Source: Pseudomonadota bacterium (GTDB taxonomy: Bacteria; Pseudomonadota; Alphaproteobacteria; Rhizobiales; Xanthobacteraceae). Taken from it: a stretch of DNA of 46,664 nt. Shown here piece after piece: positions 33,191 through 43,443 of the stretch; positions within the stretch are counted from its first letter, which is position 1, and each line of letters begins with the position of its first letter. The DNA lies in NCBI GenBank assembly GCA_023432845.1, contig JAEZEY010000228.1, positions 1-46,664 on the forward strand. Reading direction: 5' to 3'. Under the pieces are notes generated by a model that saw only the letters and a list, made by a program, of their open reading frames with translations, had not been told where the DNA came from and searched no databases. A program made the translations under genes and the position numbers.

Positions 33191-34091
33191 GACCTCGTCC
33201 CTATCTCTCACCGCCACAATTATTGCCGGCCGCGAGCCGCTCGACGATGCCGGGCTCGTGCTCGCCCTTGCCGCCCTGCCCGCACCGCAAGCTCCGCGCT
33301 GGCTCGATCCGGGCCGCGCCGCCGACGTTCCCTTTAGCGCAGCCGCGGACGCCGACCAACGCGCGCTCGCCGAGAGCCTGCGCACCGCCCTGCCCGGCAC
33401 CGATGCGGTGGTGCAGCCATCCGAAGGCCGGCGCAAGAAGCTGTTTCTCGCCGACATGGATTCCACCATGATCGGCCAGGAATGCATCGATGAGCTCGCC
33501 GACTATGCCGGCCTGAAAGCCCATGTAGCGGCAATCACCGAGCGCGCCATGCGCGGCGAGATCGCCTTCGAGCCCGCCTTGCGCGAGCGCGTTGCGCTGC
33601 TCGAGGGCCTGAAGGTTTCGGTGATCGACGAGGTTCTCCGCGACCGCATCAGGCTGACGCCCGGCGCGCGGGCCCTGGTCCGCACGATGCGCGCGAACGG
33701 TGCGCACACCGCTCTCGTGTCTGGCGGCTTTACTTTATTCACCGACCGCGTTGCCGCGATGATCGGTTTCAATGAGAACCGCGCCAACAGCCTGACGGTG
33801 ATCGACGGCCACAAGCTGGCCGGCACCGTGGCTGAGCCGATCTTCGGCCGCGATGCCAAGCGAGCCGCGCTGCTCGAACTGCGTCAGGAACTCGGCCTGA
33901 CCAAGGAGCAAACCATGGCGGTCGGCGATGGCGCCAACGATCTCGACATGATCGCCGAGGCCGGCCTCGGTGTCGCCTATCACGCCAAGCCGAAGGTGGC
34001 GGAGGCGGCCCCCGCGCGCATCGAGCACGGCGATCTCACGGCGCTGCTATATATCCAGGGCTATCGACGCGACGAGTTTGTCGAGTCGTGA
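33189..34091 (+). CDS. serB: Phosphoserine phosphatase
   Basis: [40 protein letters not shown] motifs. Confidence 0.96.
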   Translation: MTSSLSLTATIIAGREPLDDAGLVLALAALPAPQAPRWLDPGRAADVPFSAAADADQRALAESLRTALPGTDAVVQPSEGRRKKLFLADMDSTMIGQECIDELADYAGLKAHVAAITERAMRGEIAFEPALRERVALLEGLKVSVIDEVLRDRIRLTPGARALVRTMRANGAHTALVSGGFTLFTDRVAAMIGFNENRANSLTVIDGHKLAGTVAEPIFGRDAKRAALLELRQELGLTKEQTMAVGDGANDLDMIAEAGLGVAYHAKPKVAEAAPARIEHGDLTALLYIQGYRRDEFVES

Positions 34092-34092
34092 T

Positions 34093-35190
34093 CTAACTCG
34101 GGTTGACCGCGCCAGGCTCTTGCCTGAACTCACGGAAGCTTCGCAAGGAGGCGACGACGAAAGCGCTGCCGGTCAACGCCCATGCCGCAAGCGCCGTCCA
34201 GACCATCGCGTGCGAAATCGACCTGAGCGGCGGAAAATCAGTGGCGAGCGATAACCGCAGACTCGCCAGCGCGTACATACCCAGTGGAAACACCAGGCTC
34301 CAGAACATCGGCGTATATGACAGCGGAACGCGGCAAACGCCATGTTTCCAGACGCCGAACAATATGAGCAATGGAATCCACCACGTCGCCCATGCCCACA
34401 TGATCAGCGTTACGCCGTCAATGAACGGTCGCATGGAGTGAAGGAAGTCCATGCCACTTTCCGTCAGTATCAGAGCCGACCCGGCATTCGTCGCAATCGC
34501 CGCGGCGCCCATGACCACCCACAACAGCGGCGTAATGTCATCAGGCTCCACGTCGAAGAAAAAGATGCGATACGCAAAAAGCGTGACAAAGATTCCATAG
34601 AGACCGAGACCCACGCCCCACAGCATGTGAATTAGAACGAAAACGGCCGAACTGAGAGCGCCCATCGCGGGAGCGACGATCGTGCCAAGAATAACCAGCG
34701 ACTCCGTTCCCACAATTGCGATAAGCCAGCCGCCATGAACGACATTGGCGCCGTGCGCGGTATTGAGAAACACGAGAACCGCAAAACAAAAATATATGAG
34801 GCCAAACCAGAGGATCAACGCGACCAACCACATCAGTATCGAGATGAATTCATATCCGCGCAGATTAATTCCGACGCCGAAAACATCGGTCGCGGCAACG
34901 ATCGTAAAAAACGAAAATACGAGGCGCGGATTGGTCAGGTCTCTCCACAACGCTCTTGAAAACGACACGGCACGCAGAACCGTGAAGATCACGAGCACGG
35001 GATAGGCCAGGGAATTGACCGCAAACAAGGCGTCAGACGGTCCGCGATATCCTTCGAGGAAAAGGGCATTGGAGATAATGCCGGTCGCCATCACGAGCGC
35101 AAAGCAGCCCGGATAAAGCTTCGCGACCTCGCCATTCAGCCACGTTGCAAGCTGGGAGACGAGCGGCGGTGCAACAGACATTTTGCGCAT
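34093..35190 (-). CDS. TDT/SLAC1-family (tellurite-resistance/dicarboxylate) anion transporter
   Basis: PGCFALVMATGIIS, WVVMGA.AI, WSLVFPLGMY; about 10 TM; GAGGG RBS before ATG 35190. Confidence 0.9.
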   Translation of the reverse strand: MRKMSVAPPLVSQLATWLNGEVAKLYPGCFALVMATGIISNALFLEGYRGPSDALFAVNSLAYPVLVIFTVLRAVSFSRALWRDLTNPRLVFSFFTIVAATDVFGVGINLRGYEFISILMWLVALILWFGLIYFCFAVLVFLNTAHGANVVHGGWLIAIVGTESLVILGTIVAPAMGALSSAVFVLIHMLWGVGLGLYGIFVTLFAYRIFFFDVEPDDITPLLWVVMGAAAIATNAGSALILTESGMDFLHSMRPFIDGVTLIMWAWATWWIPLLILFGVWKHGVCRVPLSYTPMFWSLVFPLGMYALASLRLSLATDFPPLRSISHAMVWTALAAWALTGSAFVVASLRSFREFRQEPGAVNPS

Positions 35191-35201
35191 TCCGCCCTCT
35201 C

Positions 35202-35567
35202 TCACCCTCGTAAATATATGATGATGAGATTGATCTGAAGAAAGGTGATGATCAGAATTGCGTTGCACGCCCAGGCCACAGTCAGAAAGCGCGCAAGTGT
35301 GCCCCAGAGCTTTTCTTCAGTTTTATCGGCACATCGCCACACCGAGACAAGTATCCAGGCGGTGTAAACAGCAAAACACGGCAGGAGAATTTGCCTCAGC
35401 AGCACATGAGCATCATCGAATGCGGCGATATACACGCCCACAACGCCACTGCTGACAGCGACACCGTATATCCAGAAGACCTTCCAAAGCCGCTCTTCCC
35501 CGCGCCAGGCCCGAATCTCGGTGGCAAAGAAATCGGCTGCGAAGTCAGCGGACGATGACTGCGCCAT
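35202..35567 (-). CDS. Small membrane protein of unknown function (about 3 TM)
   Basis: 121 aa; AWRGEERLWKVFWIYG, VSVWRCA; 11 nt upstream of the TDT gene. Confidence 0.75.
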   Translation of the reverse strand: MAQSSSADFAADFFATEIRAWRGEERLWKVFWIYGVAVSSGVVGVYIAAFDDAHVLLRQILLPCFAVYTAWILVSVWRCADKTEEKLWGTLARFLTVAWACNAILIITFLQINLIIIYLRG

Positions 35568-35726
35568 GAAGAAACCTTCCAGCAGGGGCTGCATGCGCAG
35601 CGCGTCGGCAGTGCGAGTCCAACAAACAAAGAAAACTACTGCAGGTCAATATGTCGCACTTGATCCAAGTCAATGCGCGGCCTCCCCCGAGGCCGGCGGG
35701 GACGCAAGGCTGAATGCATCATCTCG

Positions 35727-35755
35727 AAAAGAAAACGGCCGGGGCGAACCCGGCC
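35727..35755 (-). terminator. Intrinsic terminator after degP
   Basis: Minus strand GGCCGGG-TTCGC-CCCGGCC-GTTTTCTTTT. Confidence 0.8.
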
Positions 35756-35786
35756 ATTTGTCGTCAATGGAAGGGCACGGTTCACA

Positions 35787-37274
35787 TTACTGGAGCCCGA
35801 TCGCCACGAAGCTCGGATCGCCCGAGGGCGACTGCACCAGCAGCACCACGGTCTTCTTGCCGTCCTTCTTGAGCTGGTCGATACGCTTCTGCAGGTCGGC
35901 CGCGCTGGTCACCGGCTGCTGCTGCACCTCGGCGATCACCATGCCGGGCTGCAGACGCTTCTCGGCGGCCGCCGAGTTCGGATCGACGCCGGTAATGACC
36001 ACGCCCTTCACCTTGTCGTCGATCTTGAACTTCTTACGGTTGGCCTCATTGAGGTTCGCGAGATCGAGGCCGAGCGCCTTCCTGACCGAAGACTTTTCCT
36101 CGTCGGGCTGATCCTTCTTCGGCGTCAGCGAAGCCGGGGTCGGCTTGTCGTCTTCGAGACGGCCGAGCTTGACGGTCTTGGTCTCTTCCTTGCCCTTGCG
36201 GATGATGGTGACCTCGACATCCTTGCCGACCGCGGTATCGGCAACGATGCGGGGCAGATCGCGCATTTCCTTGACGTCCTTGCCGTCGAATTTGACGACC
36301 ACGTCGCCGGGCTCGATGCCGGCCGGTTTGGCGGGACCCTTGTCATCGACACCGGCGATCAGCGCGCCACGCGCCGGCTTGATGTTCAGGCTGTCGGCGA
36401 TCTCCTCCGTCACCTGCTGGATGCGGACCCCGAGCCAACCGCGGCGTACTTCCTTGAAATTGCGCAGCTGGTCGATAACCGCGACCGCAGTCTTCGACGG
36501 CACGGCGAATCCGATGCCGATCGAGCCGCCCGACGGCGAGATGATCGCGGTATTCACGCCGATGACGTCGCCATCGAGATTGAACAGCGGGCCGCCCGAG
36601 TTGCCGCGGTTAATCGAGGCGTCCGTCTGGATGTAGTTGTCGTACGGGCCCGACTGGATGTCGCGGTTGCGTGCCGAGACGATGCCGGCGGTCACGGTGC
36701 CGCCGAGCGAGAACGGGTTACCGATCGCGATCACCCATTCGCCCAGGCGCAACTTGTCGCTGTCGCCGAACCTGACCGCCTTGAGCGGCTTCGTCGGCGT
36801 CACCTTCAGGAGCGCAAGGTCAGTCTTCTTATCGGTGCCAACCAGTTCGGCTTTCAGCGTCGAGCCGTCATTGAGAATAACGCTCACCTCGTCGGCATCG
36901 GCGATGACGTGGTTGTTGGTCACGACATAGCCTTCGGCATCGATGATGAAGCCAGAGCCGAGCGAATTGACCCGGCGCGACGGCGGCGTGTTGCCGTTCG
37001 GGCCCTGTCCACCCGGACCGCGGCGGTTCTTGAAGAACTCCTCGAAAAACTCCTCGAAGGGCGATCCCGGCGGCAGCTGCGGCATGGCGCCGGAATTGAG
37101 ATCGACCTTCTGCTTAGTCGAGATATTGACCACAGCGTCGATCACCTGCTCGGAAACGTCGGCGATGCCTTCCGGGCCGCGCGCCAGAGCGGGCGCCGCG
37201 GTCAGGGGGCCAGCCAGTGTGGCGGCGAGCACGAGTGCGAAAGTCGTTCTGAAACGAAGTGAAGGGGCGCCCAT
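35787..37274 (-). CDS. degP: DegP/DegQ (HtrA) periplasmic serine protease with two PDZ domains
   Basis: SLGSGFII, TNNHVI, DLALL, QTDASINRGNSGGPL. Confidence 0.93.
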   Translation of the reverse strand: MGAPSLRFRTTFALVLAATLAGPLTAAPALARGPEGIADVSEQVIDAVVNISTKQKVDLNSGAMPQLPPGSPFEEFFEEFFKNRRGPGGQGPNGNTPPSRRVNSLGSGFIIDAEGYVVTNNHVIADADEVSVILNDGSTLKAELVGTDKKTDLALLKVTPTKPLKAVRFGDSDKLRLGEWVIAIGNPFSLGGTVTAGIVSARNRDIQSGPYDNYIQTDASINRGNSGGPLFNLDGDVIGVNTAIISPSGGSIGIGFAVPSKTAVAVIDQLRNFKEVRRGWLGVRIQQVTEEIADSLNIKPARGALIAGVDDKGPAKPAGIEPGDVVVKFDGKDVKEMRDLPRIVADTAVGKDVEVTIIRKGKEETKTVKLGRLEDDKPTPASLTPKKDQPDEEKSSVRKALGLDLANLNEANRKKFKIDDKVKGVVITGVDPNSAAAEKRLQPGMVIAEVQQQPVTSAADLQKRIDQLKKDGKKTVVLLVQSPSGDPSFVAIGLQ

Positions 37275-37418
37275 TGGCGTCGATTCTCCAGGGAGGGGTT
37301 GTTACAAAGTGACCCCGAATTAGCGGCGATTCAAGGGCAGCGGCAGGAGATTGCCATCAAGGCCGAGCGGTAAAACCGCTGGCTCTCTGGCCGGCGGCTC
37401 TGTCCCGGGCCGAAAGTC

Positions 37419-37604
37419 TCAGGATCTCGCCATCCAGACAATCACTATGCCGACAATGGCCGATCCGAGCCCAATCAGCCGCAAGGTCGCCGGCGGCGTG
37501 TTCAGCACGCTTTCGACCGCTTTTTTGCCGTGCGCCGGGAAAGCCGCGAAGATCAGGCCTTCGATGACGAAGACCAGCCCGAGCGCGGCCAGAAAGTCCG
37601 ACAT
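37419..37604 (-). CDS. DUF2065 (YjeT-like) small membrane protein
   Basis: ALGLVFVIEGL, LRLIGL; usual position after hflC. Confidence 0.9.
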   Translation of the reverse strand: MSDFLAALGLVFVIEGLIFAAFPAHGKKAVESVLNTPPATLRLIGLGSAIVGIVIVWMARS

Positions 37605-37618
37605 TCCGCGTCACGCCA

Positions 37619-38539
37619 TCATTGGGCAGGCGGCGTCGCTGGCGTTGGGGCCGGCTGCTGCCCGCCCGCTCCTCCGGTCGGCTGATTGAAGAAGCGGAAG
37701 AAGCTGTTGTCCGGCTTGAGCAGGATTCGTGTGTCGCCGGGCTTCATGCTCGCCTCATAGGCCTGCATCGAGCGGTAGAAGGCGAAGAAGTCCGGGTCCC
37801 GGTTGAAGGCCTCGGCGAAGATCTGGTTGCGGGTGGCGTCACCCTCGCCGCGGATCTGCTCAGACTTCGAGTTGGCGTCCGCCACCAGCACTGTCACGTC
37901 GCGGTCGGCGCGGGAGCGGATTTCCTGGGCGCGCTGGGCGCCCTGAGCGCGGAATTCGGCCGCTTCGCGGGCGCGCTCGGTCTGCATGCGCTGATAGACC
38001 GCCTGGCTGTTCTGCTCCGGCAGATCGGCGCGCCGAATTCGGACGTCGACGACCTGGATGCCGTAGCCGCCGGCTTCGCGATCGACAAGCTGCAGGATGC
38101 GGTCCATGAGCCCGGAGCGCTGATCGCGCACGACCTCGGTGAAGGTCGCCTCGCCGAGAACCCGGCGCAGCGCCGAGTTGAGAAGGATCGAGAGCTGAGA
38201 GTTCGCGCCCTGGACCGAACCGACGGTCTGATAGAAACGCAGCGCGTCACGGATACGATAGCGCGCGAACGCGTCCACCACCAATCGCTTCTGATCCGAG
38301 GCGATCACTTCCTGCGGCGGCGCTTCCAGATCGAGGATGCGGTTGTCGATGTAGACCACATTATCGATGAACGGCGCCTTGAAGTGCAGACCCGGCGTAG
38401 TGATCGGCGCCTGCGGATTGCCGAGACGCAGCACCAGCGCCTGCTGCGTCTGATAGACGGTGAACAGCGACGAATAGCCGACGATCAACGCGGCCACGAG
38501 GATGACGACGGCGACACCGCCGATGAAATTCAGTCTCAT
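37619..38539 (-). CDS. hflC: FtsH modulator HflC
   Basis: SPFH domain; PGLHFK.PF, DQKRLVVDAF, DPDFFAFYRSM. Confidence 0.96.
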   Translation of the reverse strand: MRLNFIGGVAVVILVAALIVGYSSLFTVYQTQQALVLRLGNPQAPITTPGLHFKAPFIDNVVYIDNRILDLEAPPQEVIASDQKRLVVDAFARYRIRDALRFYQTVGSVQGANSQLSILLNSALRRVLGEATFTEVVRDQRSGLMDRILQLVDREAGGYGIQVVDVRIRRADLPEQNSQAVYQRMQTERAREAAEFRAQGAQRAQEIRSRADRDVTVLVADANSKSEQIRGEGDATRNQIFAEAFNRDPDFFAFYRSMQAYEASMKPGDTRILLKPDNSFFRFFNQPTGGAGGQQPAPTPATPPAQ

Positions 38540-39678
38540 TGGCGGGCTCCCGACGGCGTACGCGGCTGCGGACGGGTCAATTCATTCAGCGGCAGATAGG
38601 GCACGACGCCTGAGCCACTTGGGCCGGAATCGAGGATGACCTTGTCGGTGCCGCCGAGCACGCGTTCCATGGTCTCGAGATACATGCGCTCGCGCGTGAC
38701 GTTCGGGGCCTTCCGGTATTCCTCGTAGATCTTCATGAATCGCGCCGACTGACCGGTCGCTTCCGCGACGGTCTGCTGCCGGTAAGCTTCGGCGGCCTGC
38801 GTGATCTGCGCCACCCGGCCGCGCGCTTCCGGCACGACGCGGTTGGCATAAGTCTGCGCTTCGTTGACGGCGCGCTCGAGGTCGGCGCGCGCGGCCTGCA
38901 CGTCGCGGAAGGCGTCGATGACCTGCTGCGGCGGATCGACCTTTTGCAACTGCACCTGCTGGATCATGATGCCGGCGCCATAACCATCGAGCGTCTTTTG
39001 CATCAGCTCATGAACGGCGTTTTCAATAGTTTGGCGCGCGCCCGTGAGGATCGGCTGGATCTCCGAGCGGCCGATGACTTCGCGCATGGCGCTTTCGGCC
39101 ACTGCCTTCACCGTACCTTCCGGATTCTGGATGTTGAACAGGTAGTCGCCGACGCCGGTCGGTTTCACCTTCCACAGCACCGAAAAATCGACGTCGACGA
39201 TATTCTCGTCGCCCGTGAGCATCAGGCTTTCCTCGGGCACGTCGCGCACGGTCGAGCCGCGGCGCACGTCTTCGCTAATACGCATGCCGATGTCGATCTT
39301 GTTGACGCGCAGCGCCTTCGGCGTGAGCGCGGTCTCGATCGGGTAAGGCAGGTGATAGTTCAGACCCGGCTGGACCTCGCGCACTTCCTTGCCGAAGCGC
39401 AGCACGACGCCGAGCTCATCCGGCTCGACGCGGAAGAAGCCGGAGAAGCCCCACAGCGCCAGCGCCGCGAGCGCGGCGAGCGCAATGCCCTTGCCGCCCA
39501 TATTGCCGGGCAGCACGCCGCGCAGCCGGTCCTGGCCGCGGCGCAGGATTTCTTCGAGGTCGGGCGGCCGGCCACCGGAAGGCGGCGGACTGGAGCCCCA
39601 CGGGCTTTTGCCACCACCACCGGACCCCCATGGTCCGCCAGACCCGCTGCCACCACCGCCTTGATTGCTCCACGGCAT
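38536..39678 (-). CDS. hflK: FtsH modulator HflK
   Basis: MPWSNQGGG..GPWG N-terminus, MLTGDENIVDV, VTRERMYLETME. Confidence 0.97.
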   Translation of the reverse strand: MPWSNQGGGGSGSGGPWGSGGGGKSPWGSSPPPSGGRPPDLEEILRRGQDRLRGVLPGNMGGKGIALAALAALALWGFSGFFRVEPDELGVVLRFGKEVREVQPGLNYHLPYPIETALTPKALRVNKIDIGMRISEDVRRGSTVRDVPEESLMLTGDENIVDVDFSVLWKVKPTGVGDYLFNIQNPEGTVKAVAESAMREVIGRSEIQPILTGARQTIENAVHELMQKTLDGYGAGIMIQQVQLQKVDPPQQVIDAFRDVQAARADLERAVNEAQTYANRVVPEARGRVAQITQAAEAYRQQTVAEATGQSARFMKIYEEYRKAPNVTRERMYLETMERVLGGTDKVILDSGPSGSGVVPYLPLNELTRPQPRTPSGARQ

Positions 39679-39734
39679 AAATCTTGTCTCCCGGCCTCGG
39701 CCGACACGCGGGCCCTGCCTTTAGTTGGGAGGGG

Positions 39735-39763
39735 TTATAGGGGACGCAAGGTCTCGTTACAAC
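39735..39763 (-). promoter_or_regulatory. Putative RpoH (sigma32) promoter of hflKC-degP
   Basis: Minus strand GTTGTAA-N13-CCCCTATAA resembles the RpoH consensus; heat-shock-type operon downstream. Confidence 0.5.
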
Positions 39764-39921
39764 GCGCTGTCATGCCGCATTTTCATCGAAGTTACGGGCA
39801 CATGCACCCGCATCGTACCAAAAATTCGGCTCGTCTTTCGCCCGCACGCGCCTGCTTGTGGTAAATACCGCGCTTCGACAGACGACAGAACACAAAAAAG
39901 CATCGGGCGAGGAAGCATTCA

Positions 39922-40686
39922 ATGAGCGCATTCGATCTCACCGGGCGCGTCGCGCTGGTCACCGGCGGCAATGGCGGCATCGGTCTCGGCATGGCCAAGG
40001 GTCTGGCCGGCGCCGGCGCCACGGTGGTCATCGCCGGACGCAACAGGGCCAAGGCGGATACGGCGCTCGCCGAACTGCGGGCGGTCGATTCCAGGGCAGA
40101 CTTCGTCGAGATCGACGTGCTGAAAGAAGAGTCCTGCCGCGGCGCGGTGCAAGCGGTCGCCGACAAGTTCGGCCGGCTCGACATCCTCGTCAACAATGCC
40201 GGCACCAGCGTGCGCAAGCCGCCGGAAGAACTGACCGCCGCGGAATGGCATCTGGTGATGGACACCAATGTCACCAGCGCCTTCCTGTGCTCCCAGACGG
40301 TTTACCCGCACATGAAAAAAGTGGGCGGCGGCAAGATCATCAATATTGGGTCGATGATGACCATCTTCGCCTCGTCCTATGCCGCCCCTTATGCCTCCAG
40401 CAAAGGCGCCATCGTCCAGATGGCCCGCTCCTTCGCGGTCGCCTGGGCCAAAGACAATATCCAGGTCAATTCTATCCTGCCCGGCTGGATCGACACCGAA
40501 CTGACCAAGAAAGCGCGCGAGCAGGTCCCCGGTCTCCACGATCGCGTGCTGGCGCGCACCCCGGCCGCGCGGTGGGGCGTACCGGGCGACTTCTCGGGCA
40601 TAGCGGTGTTTCTCGCCTCACCGGCGTCGGACTTCCTTACCGGCACGGCGATCCCGGTCGATGGCGGCTATTCGGTGATGGCGTGA
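39922..40686 (+). CDS. Short-chain dehydrogenase/reductase (KduD/gluconate-5-dehydrogenase-like)
   Basis: TGGNGGIG, NNAG, YASSK, PGWIDT, VDGG. Confidence 0.92.
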   Translation: MSAFDLTGRVALVTGGNGGIGLGMAKGLAGAGATVVIAGRNRAKADTALAELRAVDSRADFVEIDVLKEESCRGAVQAVADKFGRLDILVNNAGTSVRKPPEELTAAEWHLVMDTNVTSAFLCSQTVYPHMKKVGGGKIINIGSMMTIFASSYAAPYASSKGAIVQMARSFAVAWAKDNIQVNSILPGWIDTELTKKAREQVPGLHDRVLARTPAARWGVPGDFSGIAVFLASPASDFLTGTAIPVDGGYSVMA

Positions 40687-40696
40687 TGGCGCGAGG

Positions 40697-41230
40697 CTAG
40701 CGCCGCTCGTAAGCGACGGTGTCGAAGCCGGCGTCGTCGTCCGGCCCGGGATCGTAGTGATGGCGCTCGACTTCGCACCACTCGCGCGGGTCGATCGCGG
40801 GAAAATAAACATCTCCCGGCGGGCTGGCGTGGACATGCGTGATCTCCAGCCGGTTCGCCATCCCCATGGTGCGGTCGAACACATCGCCACCGCCGATGAT
40901 CATGAGCTCGGACACGCCGCGCTTGGCGGCATCGCCAGCGGCAATGCCGAGTGCGGCGTCCAGGCTGGTGGCGAGAATGCAGCCCGGTACGGCCATGCTG
41001 AGGTCGCGCGTCATCACGATGTTGGTGCGGCCCGGCAGCGGCTTGCCGATCGACTCAAAGGTCTTGCGGCCCATTACGACCGGCTTGCCGAGCGTGATGC
41101 GCTTGAAATGCTGCAGATCGGATTTCAGCCGCCACGGCAACTGGCCGCCACTGCCGATGACTCCGTTCTCGCCGATCGCGGCAACGAGCACGATCTTGTA
41201 GGGGGCGGTGTTGCGCGGCCGCCTGGTCAT
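40697..41230 (-). CDS. folA: Dihydrofolate reductase
   Basis: NGVIG..GQLPW.LKSDLQHFK, MGRKTFESIGKPLPGRTNIV, IIGGG; ATG overlaps the GNAT stop (ATGA). Confidence 0.96.
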   Translation of the reverse strand: MTRRPRNTAPYKIVLVAAIGENGVIGSGGQLPWRLKSDLQHFKRITLGKPVVMGRKTFESIGKPLPGRTNIVMTRDLSMAVPGCILATSLDAALGIAAGDAAKRGVSELMIIGGGDVFDRTMGMANRLEITHVHASPPGDVYFPAIDPREWCEVERHHYDPGPDDDAGFDTVAYERR

Positions 41231-41769
41231 GCGCGCGCTCCCTTGCCGAACGACGTGAGCGCCTCGCCGCTCATGCGGCAGATCTTCCAGTCGGGCAACA
41301 CCTTTGCGCCGATCGACTCGTAAAAGGCGATGGACGGCGCATTCCAGTCCAGCACCGACCACTCGAAGCGAGCGTAACCTTCATCGACGCATCGCGTAGC
41401 AAGCCGCATCATCAGGGCCTTGCCCAATCCCTTGCCGCGATAAGCAGGCCGCACGAACAGATCCTCCAGGTAAATGCCGTGGCGACCGCGAAAGGTCGAG
41501 AAATTGAGAAACCAGACGGCGAGCCCGGCCGCCTCTCCGTTCCATTCGCCGATATCGCAGAATAGGCGCGGCTTCTCGCCGAACAAGGCATCGGCGATCA
41601 TCGCCGGCGTCGCATCGACGGCATCGCTGAGCTTTTCGTAGTCGGCAAGTTCACGGATGAGATCGAAGATCAGAGACGTATCCGCAGGACCGGCCGGTCG
41701 AATGCTGACTCCGGAACCGCCCCCATCGACGACCTGGCGTCCCCGGGACTGATCTATAGCAAACTGCAT
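41227..41769 (-). CDS. GNAT acetyltransferase (diamine/spermidine N-acetyltransferase-like)
   Basis: IRELADYEK, NFSTFRGRHGIYLEDLFV, RGKGLGK, VLDWN..SIAFY. Start uncertain. Confidence 0.9.
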   Translation of the reverse strand: MQFAIDQSRGRQVVDGGGSGVSIRPAGPADTSLIFDLIRELADYEKLSDAVDATPAMIADALFGEKPRLFCDIGEWNGEAAGLAVWFLNFSTFRGRHGIYLEDLFVRPAYRGKGLGKALMMRLATRCVDEGYARFEWSVLDWNAPSIAFYESIGAKVLPDWKICRMSGEALTSFGKGARA

Positions 41770-42043
41770 GCCGCGCCTTGAGGATACACTCAGTGGCGCA
41801 ATGCCGCAGCCACCAAGAAAAGCATAACGAAATCCGCAGCTGCTGTCCAAAATGGAATTTGCCCAGCGGCATTATCATGCTTCTGAGCGGGGAGACTGCT
41901 AGGCGCACGGCGGGACGGCAGATATGGCATCGCGCCATCGGCAGCCCATGCGCTGAACCGCCGCGCCTGCCAGATGCGGTTCCAGGCATTATCCTCTATG
42001 GTTGGGCACTTCCAGTCGACCCGACAAGTAAAGACAGTCGTTA

Positions 42044-43420
42044 ATGCACCAGCCACAAGTTACTCGCGTCGATACCGTTCAGACCTATACGCTTACGCGC
42101 TTCGATGCGGTGGTGATCATGGTCGGGCTGGTCGTCGGCATTGGCATTTTCCGCACGCCATCGCTCGTCGCCGCCAATGTCGAGAGCGAATTTGCGTTCA
42201 TCGCCGTTTGGGTCGCTGGCGGATTGATCACGCTGATCGGCGCGCTCTGTTATGCCGAACTGTCTGCCGCGCATCCGCATGCCGGCGGCGAGTATCACTT
42301 CCTGTCCCGCGCCTACGGCAAGCCGGTCGCCATGCTGTTCGGCTGGGCGCGCGGCTCAGTGATCCAGACCGGAGCGATTGCCGGCGTCGCATTTGTACTC
42401 GGCGACTATGCTGCGCAACTTGTACCGCTCGGGCCTTACGGCCCGTCGCTTTATGCCGCGATCTCGATCATCGTTTTCACCGGCATCAATGTCGTCGGTA
42501 CGATTCAAAGCAAGTTCCTGCAGATCGCCATGACCGCGATCGAGATCGGCGCCATCGCCGCCATCGTCCTGTTCGGACTGTTTGGCTCGGCCGAGCCGCC
42601 GCCGCCGGCAGCAGCGCTGCCACCGGGCAGCGCCGCAATCGGCATGGCCATGATCTTCGTGCTGCTGACCTATGGTGGCTGGAACGAAGCCGCCTACCTC
42701 ACGGGCGAATTGAAGGACGCGCCGCGCAACATCGCCAAGGTCCTGATGCTTGGCACAGTAATCCTCATCGCGCTCTACGTGCTCGCCAATGTTGCCTTGC
42801 TGTCGATCCTCGGCCTCGACGGCCTGCGCGCCTCCGACGCTGTCGCTGCCGACATGATGCGCCGCGTCGCCGGTCCGGCGGGCGCAACCATTGTCAGCAT
42901 CGCCATCGTGGTCGCGGCCATATCGACACTCAATGCCACCATTTTCACCGGAGCCCGCGTCTACTACGCGATGGCCCGCGACATGACACTGCTGCCGAGC
43001 GTCGGAGAATGGAACGAGCGCGGCAAGACCCCGGCCAACGGCCTCATTTTACAGGCCATTGTCGCCCTGATCTTGGTGGCGATCGGGGCGATCACGCGCG
43101 ATGGCTTCAAGGCCATGGTCGAGTACACCGCGCCGGTGTTCTGGGGCTTCCTGCTGCTCGTCGGCATTGGCCTCATCGTTCTGCGCATACGCGAACCGAA
43201 CCGGGCGCTGCCCTACAAGGTGCCGCTCTATCCGCTGACGCCGATCCTGTTCTGCGTGACCTGCGGCTACATGCTGCACGCCAGCATCGCCTATACCGGC
43301 GTTGCCTCGCTGGTCGGCTTGGCTGTTCTGGCCGCGGGCACGCCGTTGCTCCTTTTCCGCCGCAAGCACACGAACGTCGATACACCGCCTTCTACCGCCC
43401 CCCGCGCTTTGACCGAATGA
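42044..43420 (+). CDS. APC-superfamily amino-acid permease (LAT/SteT-like)
   Basis: VVGIGIFRTP, CYAEL...PHAGGEY, YGGWNE, GELKD..RN, ARVYYAMARD, PYKVPLYP; about 12 TM. Confidence 0.93.
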   Translation: MHQPQVTRVDTVQTYTLTRFDAVVIMVGLVVGIGIFRTPSLVAANVESEFAFIAVWVAGGLITLIGALCYAELSAAHPHAGGEYHFLSRAYGKPVAMLFGWARGSVIQTGAIAGVAFVLGDYAAQLVPLGPYGPSLYAAISIIVFTGINVVGTIQSKFLQIAMTAIEIGAIAAIVLFGLFGSAEPPPPAAALPPGSAAIGMAMIFVLLTYGGWNEAAYLTGELKDAPRNIAKVLMLGTVILIALYVLANVALLSILGLDGLRASDAVAADMMRRVAGPAGATIVSIAIVVAAISTLNATIFTGARVYYAMARDMTLLPSVGEWNERGKTPANGLILQAIVALILVAIGAITRDGFKAMVEYTAPVFWGFLLLVGIGLIVLRIREPNRALPYKVPLYPLTPILFCVTCGYMLHASIAYTGVASLVGLAVLAAGTPLLLFRRKHTNVDTPPSTAPRALTE

Positions 43421-43443
43421 CAAACTTGCAAGAGGAAACGCGC

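Noticed and set aside
39590..39678. Gly-rich repeat at the HflK N-terminus
   Set aside because: Normal feature of alphaproteobacterial HflK.
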